Shown here piece by piece: positions 50,144 through 62,289 of a stretch of DNA of 64,000 nt (position 1 is the first letter of the stretch; each line of letters begins with the position of its first letter). The translations under genes were made by a program, and so were the position numbers. The stretch is from contig OX597828.1 of the NCBI GenBank assembly GCA_951406725.2, positions 21,080,001 to 21,144,000 of the forward strand, given 5' to 3'. The notes below the pieces were generated by a model. The model saw nothing but the letters and a program-made list of their open reading frames with translations. It was not told the DNA's origin and made no database searches. Origin of the DNA: Octopus vulgaris (lineage: Eukaryota).

Positions 50144-50561
50144 GGATCTTTTCGGTTTGAACGGCAGTTTTTTCTAGCGGTGTCATATGAAATTGTCACA
50201 CATAATTATGACCCTAGTATCGATCTATTGCATTTCAATCTATTTTTAGGGTTAGGGGTTGGGGGAAGGGTATCTTTTTTTCTTCACAAATGTAAATAAA
50301 CCCAATCTGTTTCTTAAACGAGGGACATATTCATACGGCACAGAATGTTGTTTTTTTTACCTCAATAGACGTCATTGATTGGTTGAAATTGCAAAAATTG
50401 AAGAAAAAAACAACAAATATCTTACAAACTATAGAATTTTCTCAATAAAGCCAAGAGAAAAAGATGTTTTGTAAAACACATTCTACCAGTATACGAAGTT
50501 TAAAAGTGTTTAGTTACGTGGAAATTATTTTTAAAAACTGCCGTTCAAACCGAAAAGTTCC
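50144..50561. mobile_element. Second copy of the 8-bp-TSD GG-terminal MITE, inserted in a SINE
   Basis: TSD aaagattc at 50136-50143 and 50562-50569; same TIR as 12465-12880. Confidence 0.88.
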
Positions 50562-51309
50562 AAAGATTCTGATAGAATCGCATAACAATTAAAAAAAAAA
50601 GACTAAACTCTCCAAGGCAGAGCTCTAGCATGGCCGCAGTCCAATGACTGAAACTAGTAAAAAAACAACAACAACAAAAGATAATAAAAATGCCGTTATT
50701 TAATTTTCTGGAAAAGGAATATAGTAATTGTGGTGTTCAAATGCCCTTCTTTGGTACTGTGCTTTCGTTGAAGTGAAATTATTTGAACATAAGGTTAAAA
50801 TTATGATCATGTTGTCTTGATTATCGAAGCTGAAACTCCTTATCGATTTTCAGTTTTGTTTTATCCACATCAAAAAACTAACAGGAAAAACAAAATAAAA
50901 TAATCACCCATAAAAATTGAATTAGCCATATTTCAGGGGAAACAACTCTAGCATTTCATCATTTTATTACTTGTCAGTAATGTCCCTTTTTCGTAGCAGG
51001 GGCAGCAAAAAAATATAAAAAACAGTAAAAAATTAATTTCGCTGTTAATTGGTTTAAATTTATTTGGGGGGGATTACACACGAACATTTAAGTACAAAGG
51101 AGCATCCGAGACGCAAGACAAAACGTACAAATCTGCACAGACATTAACTCCAAATACTGCACATATACTCACCAACATGCACAAATAATACCCTATTGAT
51201 GTTGTTGAAATTCCCATGAAGGAGCCTTGGATCTAGGTTAGAAACCGGCTCTTTCTCTATTTGCGAGAAATCTTGAAATAAAACCGAATGACTAACGTGC
51301 AGACACAGG

Positions 51310-51706
51310 CGTAGTTGTGTGGTAAAAAGCTTGTTTCAGGGGACTGATGGCTTTTGACGAACAACTGTTGTCAGTGATGGGAAGAGTACAGCTATCGGCT
51401 GAATCTATCATCGAGATTGTGCCACCTACTTTCCTTAACAGGGAAAGGAAGGCTTGTTTTGTCTGCATAGTAGCCATACTGAAAGAAACAGTATGGAAGA
51501 CGCGTGTGAAAGGTATAGTGACAGGTACCCTTGTCTCTGGTCAGGGGTTGGTTAACTTTTTTAGTTACCACCACGGTAGTAAGATCAGGCTGGAGAAGAA
51601 GTGTCTGTCAAAGATGGAAGCCTGTGGCGAGGAAGCTGGGTGCGATTGGTACCAGGTAAGTGAGGTCGGGTCAAGAAGTAAAGTTTCTACCCAGATGGCC
51701 GGGTGA
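51310..51706 (+). mobile_element. Probable Tx1/L1-like LINE ORF2 C-terminal fragment
   Basis: AILKETVWKTRVKG...LVNFFSYHHGSKIRLEKKCL resembles the K..W..R / kIr.E tail of L1/Tx1 ORF2; no splice context. Confidence 0.45.
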
Positions 51707-52489
51707 CTTATTCAAAATTTAAAATTTTTATTGCATATTTCATCGATTCATTTTTTTTACATCCGATTGATTTGACATTTTTAAAGCGTAAAAGCTTCTT
51801 CGCCCTTTATGCTTGTCTGTCCTTGTTTGCCCCCTCTCTGTAATGCCCGTATGGCGAATCTATATGAAATAAAGAAGCTTGTTTCGGGTTCACATGGTTC
51901 CGGCTTCAGTCCCACTGCGTAGTACCTTGTGCGAGTGTCTTCTACTACAGCCTCAGTCTTGTGAGTACATTCGGTGGATGGAAACTGAAAGAAGCTTGTT
52001 GCATATTTATGCATATGTATATATCTATGTGTGTGGGGGTGTTTTGTGTCATTGTTTGTTCCTCCAACCGCCAATCGCTTGGTAACCGGTGTCGGAGTGT
52101 TTACACCCCCGTAACTTAGCAGTTCGGCAAAGGAGACCGATAGAATAAGTACCAGGCTTGAAGAAAAAAAAAGTCCTGGGGTCGATTTGTTCAAGTAAAA
52201 TCCTTCAAGGCGGTGCCCCAGTATGGCAACTGCGTAACGATTGTAACAAATAAAAGAATAAAAGAGAAAAGAGATACATACACAAATATCTAAGTACCAA
52301 AGAGACATGTTCACACACTGTAAATACAGCTGCAAACACCTACATATATGCACACAACTACCCAACCACATATTTACAAACTGTGTAAACCCTCTTAGCT
52401 CAAAAAGGTCTTCTCACTTCGTTAGCGACCGGCTTCAATCCCAAAATGAAGAACTTTGATAAATCTTAAAGAAAATAACACACACAAAG

Positions 52490-52812
52490 ATATTAACATC
52501 CGCTGGGCAGTTAATTTCCACAACCGTACACAGTTTCTTTTCTCTATCCCAAATCATTATATCAGGTCTGTTGTGCTTACATTTTATTGAGGTCTTCACT
52601 GGGACATTCCGCCAGTATCCTTTTTTTTATTGTGTGGCAATGGCTTCTACCATACTGTCGGTTCTTATTTCTTTGTCCCCGGGATTATCCTTCAGACGGA
52701 TTTCATTACATAGTGTCCTTGCTACAGCATTATGTCTCATCGGTAGATAATACCGTGATGTCATTTTCTGACAACTGCTTATGATGTGAGTCTGCATCGG
52801 TTGTCAGATTTT
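52490..52812 (-). mobile_element. Inverted copy of an R4/Dong-type LINE fragment
   Basis: Reverse complement of 53664-53981. Confidence 0.85.
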
Positions 52813-53603
52813 TGTCTTGTCTTGTATGTATGTATGTTAAGGGTACACGTGTCTGTGGAGTGCTCAGCTGCTTGCACGTTAATTTCACGGGGAAGCTGTT
52901 CCGTTGATTGTATCAGTTGGGACCCACATCCTCGTAACCGACGGAGTACTCCTACATACATACAACGAAAATACTGGAGGATCAGTTAATTATGGTTTTA
53001 TTCAACATATTCCCCTCTCAGTTTCACACACTTATTGCAGGGGTCACTACGTTTTTCTAAACCCTGTAAAAAAAAAAAAAATACTGGGAAGGTTGGGCCT
53101 CCAACCAGGCTTTTCGCAACACCCTTAAAACCAGGAACTTATTAGCACCTACTCGCCTAGGAAACGCTTAATGAAGTTTTAAAAGTACTGAGAAAAGCAC
53201 TAATGAAGAAAATCACATAAGTTATAAAAACATACATACATACATGTGAAGGCGCGTGGCTTAGTGGTTAGGGTATTCCGCCCCCGATCGTAAGGTCGTG
53301 AGTTCAATTCCTGGCGACGCGTTGCGTCCTTGAGCAAGACACTTTATTTCACATTGCTCCAGTCCACTCGGCTGGTAAAAATGAGTACTACCTGTATTTC
53401 AAAGGGCCAGCCTTGTCACACACTATGTCACGCTGAATCTCCCTGAGAACTATGTTAAGGGTACACGTGTCTGTGGAGTGCTCAGCTACTTGCACGTTAA
53501 TTTCACAAGCAAGCTGTTCCGTTGATTGTATCAGCTGGGAGCCACATCGTCGTAACCGACGGAGTATTCCTACGTACATGCATGCATACATACATACATA
53601 CAT

Positions 53604-53663
<60 letters not shown>

Positions 53664-53666
<3 letters not shown>

Positions 53667-54300
53667 TGTGACAACCGATACAGACTTACATCATAAGCAG
53701 TTGTCAGAAAATGACATCACGGTATTATCTACCGATGAGACATGATGTAGCAAGGACACCCTGTAATGAAATCCGTCCGAAGGATAATCCCGGGGACAAA
53801 GAAATAAGAACCGACAGTATGGTAGAAGCCATTTCCACACAATAAAAAAGAGGGTACTGGTGGAATGTTCCAGTGAAGACCTCAATAAAATGTAAGCACA
53901 ACAGACCTGATATAATGATTTGGGATAGAGAAAAGAAACTGTGTACGGTTGTGGAAATTAACTGCCCAGCGGATGTTAATATAAAGCTGAAGATCAATGA
54001 AAAAGAGAACACTAAACTGAACTATTGATAAATCTGCAGTTAATCTATACAGATTACAAGTTCAGGTTTATACCTGTAATTATTGGAGCCCTGAGATATG
54101 TAACACACTGCCTAAATACCAGTCTTGAGAAATTAGGCTTCTCAAAACCAGAAAGGAGAAAGCTAATTCGAAGACTACAGATCCAATCCATCACTGGAAC
54201 TGTAAAAATCTGTAAAACTTTCCAGAAGTTTATCATTTAAATATATATGAGTATGTCTAGATATGTAACTATATGCATGAGAACACATACACACATACAT
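53664..54300 (+). mobile_element. R4/Dong-type LINE 3' fragment flanked by (CA)n/(CATA)n
   Basis: RHD, WWNVPVKTSIKCKHNRPDIMIWD..VVEINCP (PD..D/E-K REL region), FIPVIIGAL. Confidence 0.85.
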
Positions 54301-54332
54301 ACACTTTTATTATAGCTGCAAAAATCTTCACG

Positions 54333-54374
54333 AAGTGTTGCTCAGAGTTTCACGTTCCCGTTCATCGGACAGTT
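54333..54374 (-). ncRNA. Degenerate hammerhead-like motif inside a perfect 26-bp inverted repeat (54306-54331 / 54399-54424)
   Basis: Minus strand reads AACTGT-CCGATGA-ACG-GGAA-CGT-GAAA-CTC-T-GAG-CA-ACACTT. Confidence 0.45.
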
Positions 54375-55573
54375 ATGGTGGATACTGATCAATGAATGGT
54401 GAAGATTTTTGCAGCTATAATAAACGTATATGTATGTATGTGTGTATTTATGTATGTATGTATGTATGTATGTATGTATGTATGTATGTATGTATGTATG
54501 TATATATGTATGTATGTATGTGTGTATGCATGCATGCATGTATGTATGAATGAATGAATGTATGTATGTATTCTCATGCATATAGTTACATATCTATATA
54601 AGCTCATATATATTTAAATGATAAACTTCTGGAAAGTTTTACAGATTTTTACAGTTCCAGTAAAGAAGCCTAATTTCTCAGTGTGTTATATATCCCAGGG
54701 CTCCAATAATTACAGGTATAAGCCTGAACTTGTAATCTGGATAGAGTAACTGCCTGCTCTTAAAATTAACGTGCAAGTGGCTGAGTGCTCTACAGACACA
54801 TATGCCCCTAACTTAGTTCTCAGGGAGATTCAGCGTGACACAGAATATGACAAGGCTGGCCCCTTTGAAATATAGGTACAACTTATTTTTGCCAGCTGAG
54901 TGGACTGGAGCAATGTGAAATAAAGTGTCTTGCTCAAGGAGGGCAACGCGTTGCCGGGAATTGAACTCCCGACCCTGCGATCGTGAGCCGAATGTCCTAA
55001 ACACTCAGCCACGCGCCTTCTCCCACATAGATTAAGTATTAGGCCCCTTAACCCATAGGGCTCCCGAGAAACCTCTTAGTGTGCCCATACTTTAAGATAA
55101 CCCTGATGATACCATTGATCTAAGTACTAGGATAGTATTTGGTTTATCTTCCCCACAAAGATAAAAGGTTAAGTCCACTTCAGCAGGCTTTGAACTCGGA
55201 ACGTAACGAACTGGAAGAAATATTTGCGATGCGATTTGTTCGATGGTTTAACGATTCTCTTAATCTACCGTCTTCATCAAACTAACTAATAAAACAAGAG
55301 TGGTGGAAGCACTTCGTCGGTTACGACGATGAGGGTTCCGGTTGATCCGATCAACGGAACAGCTTGCTCGTGAAATTAACGTGTAAGTGGCTGAGCACTC
55401 CACAGACACGTGTACCCTTAACGTAGTTCTCGGGGATATTCAGCGTGACACAGAGAGTGACAAGGCCGGCTCCTTGAAATACAGGTACAACAGAAACAGG
55501 AAGTAAGAGTGAGAGAAAGTTGTGGTGAAAGAGTACAGCAGGGATCACCACCATCCCTGCCGGAGCCTCGTGT

Positions 55574-55964
55574 ACAAGAGCACTCAGAGAGCGCAAACCT
55601 CCGCCAAGGCAACATCAACGTCCTCTCAACGATTAGCCAGAGATGATTTCTAAAATGAGAATATCTGAAATAAATTCGACTGCTCTCACAAATGAGAATA
55701 CTGAAAATGAACCTGACCGCTCTCAAAAATTAAGCAAAAAGCAAAAAAAAAACCAAAAACAAACAAACAAAAAACGGGAAAATAATCTAGAATCTTTGTT
55801 CGATACTGGATCGATCTTAAAATCTAATCAGTTCGTGCCAGTCACAAGGTTAAATATCCCTGAAAGCTTCATCCGAATCCATCCAGTGGTTCTTAAGATA
55901 TCTTGTCCACGGACAAGCAAACACAACTGAAAACAATACCTCCGCCTTAGCGAAGGCGGAGGTA
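55574..55964 (+). mobile_element. Helentron/HINE-like non-autonomous element; truncated second copy at 56174-56316
   Basis: 5' acaagagcactcagagagcgcaaacctccgccaaggc; 3' perfect hairpin tacctccgcctt-agcg-aaggcggaggta sharing the subterminal cctccgcc. Confidence 0.65.
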
Positions 55965-56139
55965 ATAATAATAATAATTATAATAATAATAATTGATATG
56001 AGATCACCATGTCGTGCACATATGGTTGTGATGAATGTGCCTGGTGTACCTTTATCAGACGGGTAGTCATGATGGGTATACTGGGCTTCGTATATTTTAC
56101 CCCAGTGTCACTTTGATGGCATGCACTGCTCTCTCACTC

Positions 56140-56177
<38 letters not shown>

Positions 56178-58759
56178 GAGCACTCAGAGAGCGCAAACCT
56201 CCGCCAAAGCAACACCAACGTCTTTCAACGATTAGCCGGAGATGATTTTTAAAATGAGAATATCTGAAATAAACTCGACTGCTCTCAGAAACATTAATAC
56301 TAAGAATGAACCCGACCATACATACATACATACATACATACATACATACATACATACATACATACATACATACATACATACATACATACATACATGCATG
56401 CATGTATGTATCTGTGTTTGACGCCACCAACACTTCATAACCGAAGTTGGTTTGTTTATGTTCCTGCAATGTAATCGTTTCCTCAAAAGAGACCAATAGA
56501 ACAAGGAGCAGACTAAAAAAAAATTACTGGTGGTGATTTGATTGGCTAAAAGAACCTTTGAAAACGGTGCCCAAGCATGGACGCAGTGTAATGACTGAAC
56601 AAAATAATGATAAAACATGAAGATATTCTGATAAAAATATCTTGATTATGTATCTGAGCACCAAAAACACCGACCTTACTTTTAATCATCAAAGACATTG
56701 GATTTAAATCGTTAACACAATTAAAGGGATCTTTTGTTATGACATTTTACATGTTATTGTTGTATTTTGGGTGGGTCTTACTGCCAACAAGCAAACACAC
56801 ACTGATTATGTTTCACTTCAATTTTATTACCCAATTAGATAATAAATCAGTTGATCAGTTGGTTAATAGATTAGCCTGTTAAAGTCTTTTCGTCACACTC
56901 TGTGACTTTGTCAATCACCATATGCCTTTCTCTCAGACAAAACCCGCAGCAGCATGCCATTCAACCGTGTATACACATTTAGTATGACTCAAAGATGGAG
57001 ATTTTATTTAAATTCCTATTCCGTTCGCCGAGTTTATTTTTATACAGCCCGACCAGCTTACTGCAATATCAGCGAACGTATTATTTTTCTATATATCGAA
57101 GCCCGCATGATTTTCGTCCAAGTGGCAAACGGATGCACGGCATTCGAAATCCCTAAGGGGACCGAAAGACATCTGTCGTTCTTGTGAGTCACCGTAACGA
57201 CACTATTCGCCTCGCTCCGATGTTTATTGTTTGAGGCGATGAATTGGTAGAAACGTTAGCATGCTGGGTAAAATGCTTAGCAGTATTTCGTTTGTCTTCG
57301 TGTTCTGAGTTAATTCCGCCGAGGTTGACTTTGCCTTTTATCCGTTCAAGGTCGATAAATTAAGTACCAGTTGCGTACTGGGGGCGATCTAATCGACTGG
57401 GCCCCTTCCCCCAAAATTTCGAGCCTTGTGCCTTAGTAGAAAAAGATATTTATTGTTTTGAACATGTCTATGAAGAGATTTCCTCTAAAAAAAAAAAATA
57501 CAACCTCGTCACTTTCAACACTGTATATACATTTAGTGTGATACACAGATAGCGGCTTTATACTTTATAGTATTTTTTAAAGTAAATTCTGTATTCCATA
57601 TTCTATTTCAGGTTCTGTCATAAACTGGTTTTTAATGGAAGGATTAAAAAATCTGTGCAACAGGCACAAGTTTCAGACACAATTGCTTTCTGGATTGAAA
57701 CGTTCAGGGATTCGATTATTCGAAAATCTATTATCAAAGTTAGCTTTAATCTCTGCAAAAGAATAGTTGCTATAAAATGTCGGTTGGTTGGTTGGTTGGT
57801 TGGTCGATTGGTTTATTGTTTGATTAGTTGATTTCTCCAATCACACTGTAAATCATATAGAGAGAGGAAGAGAGAGGGAAGAGAGAGAGAGAGAGAGAGA
57901 GAGGGGGAGGGAGAGGAATAGAGAGTGTATGTGTGTTAACATAAAATGTGCATGATGAGTGCACGTACTAGGCTTGGTGGCACGCAATGAGTAAAAAGTC
58001 GCCTTCCTCGCACACAAGATGAGAGAGAAAAAATCAGATAAAGAGAGAGGAGAAGAAGTAGAGGAAGTAAATAACAAAGTATGTGTGGGAGGGGTTATGC
58101 AAATGCTAGCTGGCAGAATCGTTAGCACCCCGGGCGAAATGCGTAGCCGTGTTTCGTCTGCCGTTACGTTCTGAGTTCAAATTCCGCCAAGGTCGACTTT
58201 GCCTTTCATCCTTTCGGGGTCGATAAATTAAGTACCAGTTACGCACTGGGATCGATGTAATCGACTTAATCCATTTGTCTCTCCTTGTTTGTCCCCTCTG
58301 TGTTTAGTCCCTTGTGGTTAGTAAAGAAACAGGTATTTCGTCTGTTGCTACGTTCTGAGTTCAAATTCCGAAGGCGGCGGGCTAGCAGAAACGTTAGCAC
58401 GCCGGGCGAAATGCTTAGCAGTATTTCGTCTGTCGTTACGTTCTGAGTTCAAATTCCGCCGAGGTCGACTTTGCCTTTCATCCTTTCAGGGTCGATTAAA
58501 TAAGTACTTAATTCGTTTGTCTTTGTTTGTCCTCTTTGTGTTCAGCCCCTTGTGGGTAGTAAAGAAATAGGTTATGCAAATGTGAAATAAGGATATATTC
58601 TCCTATGGCAAAATACAACAGCGATTTGCACATTTACGTTCGAATCTACCGGAATGTATTAAGAATGAATGTATTCGTGGTTTTTTAAATTTTATTCAAT
58701 AATATCTGAAGGTAACAGTTTCATATTTACAGAGCTAATGTGTTAAAGTCGTTATAAAA

Positions 58760-59695
58760 GCCATAAAATGTGACAACCGATTCAGACTTTGTGGAGTTCA
58801 CACTGAAGATATCATTCGCATCATAAGCAGTTGTCAGAAAATGTCATCCTGGTATTATCTACCGATGAGACATGATGTTGCTAGGACACTCTATAATGAA
58901 ATCCGTCTGAAGGCTAATCCCGAGGACAAAGAAATAAGAACCTACAATATGGTAGAAGCCATGACCACTCATGATAAAAAGGAATGCTGGTGGAATATAC
59001 CAGTGAAGACTTCAATAAAATGTAAGCACAACAGACCTGATATAATGATCTGAGACAGAGAAGAGAAAGCTGTGTACGGTTGTGGAAATTAGCTGCCCGG
59101 CTGATGTTAAACCAAAGCTGAAGATCATTGAAAAAGAGATCACCTAAGCTGAACTATTGAGAAATCTGCAGTTACTCTATCCAAATTACAAGTTCAGGTT
59201 TATACCTGTAATTATTGGAGCTCTGGGATATGTGACACACTACCTAAACACCAATCTTGAGAAAGTAGAATTCTTGAAACAACAAAGGAAAAAGCCATTT
59301 CGAAGACTACAGATCCAATCCATCACTGGAACTGTAAATGTCTGTAAAACTTTTCAGAAGTTTATCATTTAAATATATATGAACATGTCTAGATATGCAA
59401 CTATATGCATGAGAATACATAAATAAAACATACAAATTTGCACATACATACAAAAATACATACATACACACATACATACATACATACATACATGCATGCA
59501 TGCATACATACATACATACATACATACATACATACATACATACATACATACATACATACATACATACATACATACATACAAAAACACCCTGTTGTTGATA
59601 CTGAAATTCCAATGAAGGAGCTTTGGATCTAGGTTAGAAACCGGCTCTTTCTCTATTGGCAAGAAATCTTGAAATAAACTGAGTAATGACATACA
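58760..59695 (+). mobile_element. R4/Dong-type LINE 3' fragment with internal (CATA)n and 3' UTR; the UTR also occurs alone at about 51170-51290
   Basis: CGVHTEDII.IISSC..YYLPMRHDVARTLY..NRPDIMI; same family as 53664-54300. Confidence 0.85.
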
Positions 59696-60105
59696 TGCAC
59701 AAATACACACACGCGCGCGCATTCATATATTTATACAGACACAAACATTCACTGATGTTGCGAACAAGCGTCTGACTGAAAGAAAATCCGGTACATGCAA
59801 TTGAATATTCATTTCATCATTTCGTATAAACAGCAAGAAATTTATAAAAGCTGAATTATGATTATTGTATGTACGGCATACTTCCTGTTATTACTAATAT
59901 TGGTAAAAATATATACTTCGAAAGTTACCCTTCATCTGAGAAGTAAAGCTCTAATACTGTTCATATCGAAACGTGGAAGGTACATTTTAGCCGTTTAAAT
60001 ACACACAATAATTGTTAAATTTCCATAAACAAAATTTTCGTCTCACTATCAGCAACCTGGTCACTGACAGTTGGGTCGACGAAAATTTTGACACGAATTA
60101 ATAAA

Positions 60106-60962
60106 TCTATATACATAAATGTGTAATGGTATCTGTCTGTGTGTGTTTTTGGAGTTACTGTAACACCCGCCCCATGCCGGCCAACCGATTTTAATGATTT
60201 TTAGCACGTAGGTAGATCACATGCCCTGAAGTTCAAATAAGGCCGGAATTTTTCGGAAACTCGATAATGCTTAGTTGGCATCGATTTTTGTGAGTTCAAT
60301 CGGGCGTTTGAATGGGAATTCCTATAACGATGCAGCTTTTGCATTTTTTGTCCGATTTTGATGAAAATCGATGAATGAGCGAGGCTCATGGCAGTGAGTT
60401 GATGTCAGTATATGGCGTTGACAAAAAATCGATAATTGCGCCTGACCAGCGGTTTTATAAAATCAATATCCTTTTTGTGTGCAAATACCCATGGGGATTT
60501 TATTTTTGGTCGTAACTTTTATATATTTCATCCGATTTTAACGAAATTTGAGATTTAGGTAAAAATTGTGGTAGGGGAGATGGTAAGGGTTTCAGTTTAA
60601 TTCCAGAGGAATTGGAAGGATACAAGCGTGTATCAGCTTTTTTCAGAGACTATTCTATCGATTTTGAAGATAAGTTACACGTGATTACAGTGCATATCCA
60701 TAAGTTGAACGCGGCATGTAGAGTTGACAAAAAAATCGATAATTGTGCGTGAGCAGGGGAATATTCCAAAATTAATAGACATTTTGCGTGCAATTGAACT
60801 ACACTCTAATCAATCTGGGTATTATCGGGTATCTCTGCTAAAGTACCTCGAACATGACGTCATCCGTAAGATTCAGAAAGAAATTTCATCTAGCAACATT
60901 TACAACGGCATAGGCTTATCCTTAACAGAGCATACCCGAGCAACGCCGGGTACAACAGCTAG
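60106..60962 (+). mobile_element. Non-autonomous Helitron, 857 bp
   Basis: A|TCTATATA start, hairpin cccgagcaacgccggg, CTAG|T end; internal direct repeats at about 60417 and 60723. Confidence 0.85.
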
Positions 60963-61638
60963 TATCTAGCGCGAAGTTAAACGGTTTTTGAGTGTTTCTG
61001 AATGGCTTAATGTGTCTTTCATGCCCATATTAACCATTCAAAACCAAAAATTGTTAACTTCTCATAAGCGTTTACTTTCTAGTGTCAAAATTTTCGTCGC
61101 GCTATCTGAAACCTGGTCACTGACATCAATCAACTTCGCCTCAGCGGCGAGTAACCTGGCCGTAGAATATTTATTGTGAAGTTAACGGTTTTTGTGTGTT
61201 TCTGAATGGTTTAATATGTGCCTTTCGTGCTGTAATTGTTTTACTTTCAACAGGCGGTCTCAAATCAACTCGCTTGCTAGACAAATATATCTCTGAATTT
61301 CTCATATAACAACCGGCAAATGCTGATGTAGAAAGATTATTTAGCTGTGTGAAGTTTAATAAATCAGATAATTGTAGTCGTTTAGGCATAAAAAATAAAA
61401 TTGTAAGAGAAGCTCCAAATACAAAAATAAAATGGACAAAAGCAAAATTCAAGAAAAACATGGTGCCGGTCTAATTGTAAATTACCATTTGAAGTTTTAA
61501 TGAAAATTGGATCAATAGGTAATTAGTTATAAATTATTTGAGAGATTCATCGAAGGAGAATGATACTGAAGCAGAATATTATTGATTAAGGCAATTATTA
61601 TTTGTGTTAATTTCTTCTTAATCTAATTACAATCAGAG

Positions 61639-61639
<1 letters not shown>

Positions 61640-61724
<85 letters not shown>

Positions 61725-62075
61725 TGTGTGTGTGTCTGTGTGTCTGTGTGTGTGTCTGTGTGTCTGTGTGTGTGTGTGCGTGTGTGTGCGCGCGTGTGTC
61801 TGTGTGTGTATACATATGCATACATATAAATACACACATATATATATACAAACGTATATATATATACATACTCAAATACACACGCGCACGCGCGTACAAA
61901 CACACACACCAACACACACACGCACGTGTTTATATATACATGTGTGTGAACAAACGAACCAAAATAGCACTCAAGACATTTCGTTGGAACTATTTCTTAA
62001 ACTGTTATGCGTGTGTGTGTATTTGTATGTGTGTGTGCGTGCGTGAGTGAGTGTGTGCGAGCGAGTGTGAGTGCG

Positions 62076-62107
<32 letters not shown>

Positions 62108-62127
62108 AGAAAGAGAGAGAGAGAGAG
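61640..62127. repeat. Compound microsatellite (TA)n(TG)n(CA)n(GA)n
   Basis: Directly visible in the sequence. Confidence 0.95.
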
Positions 62128-62289
62128 TTGATCTGATGAACTAGGTTTCTTTCGTTATTTGCATTAACACAATATAATTGTAGAAACGGTGAGCGTACAT
62201 ATTAATGAAAAACATGTATGCATAATTCCATGCAAACTGAAATTAGTACTACAAGAAGAAGGTTGCGAAACGGCTGTAACCCTATAGAA

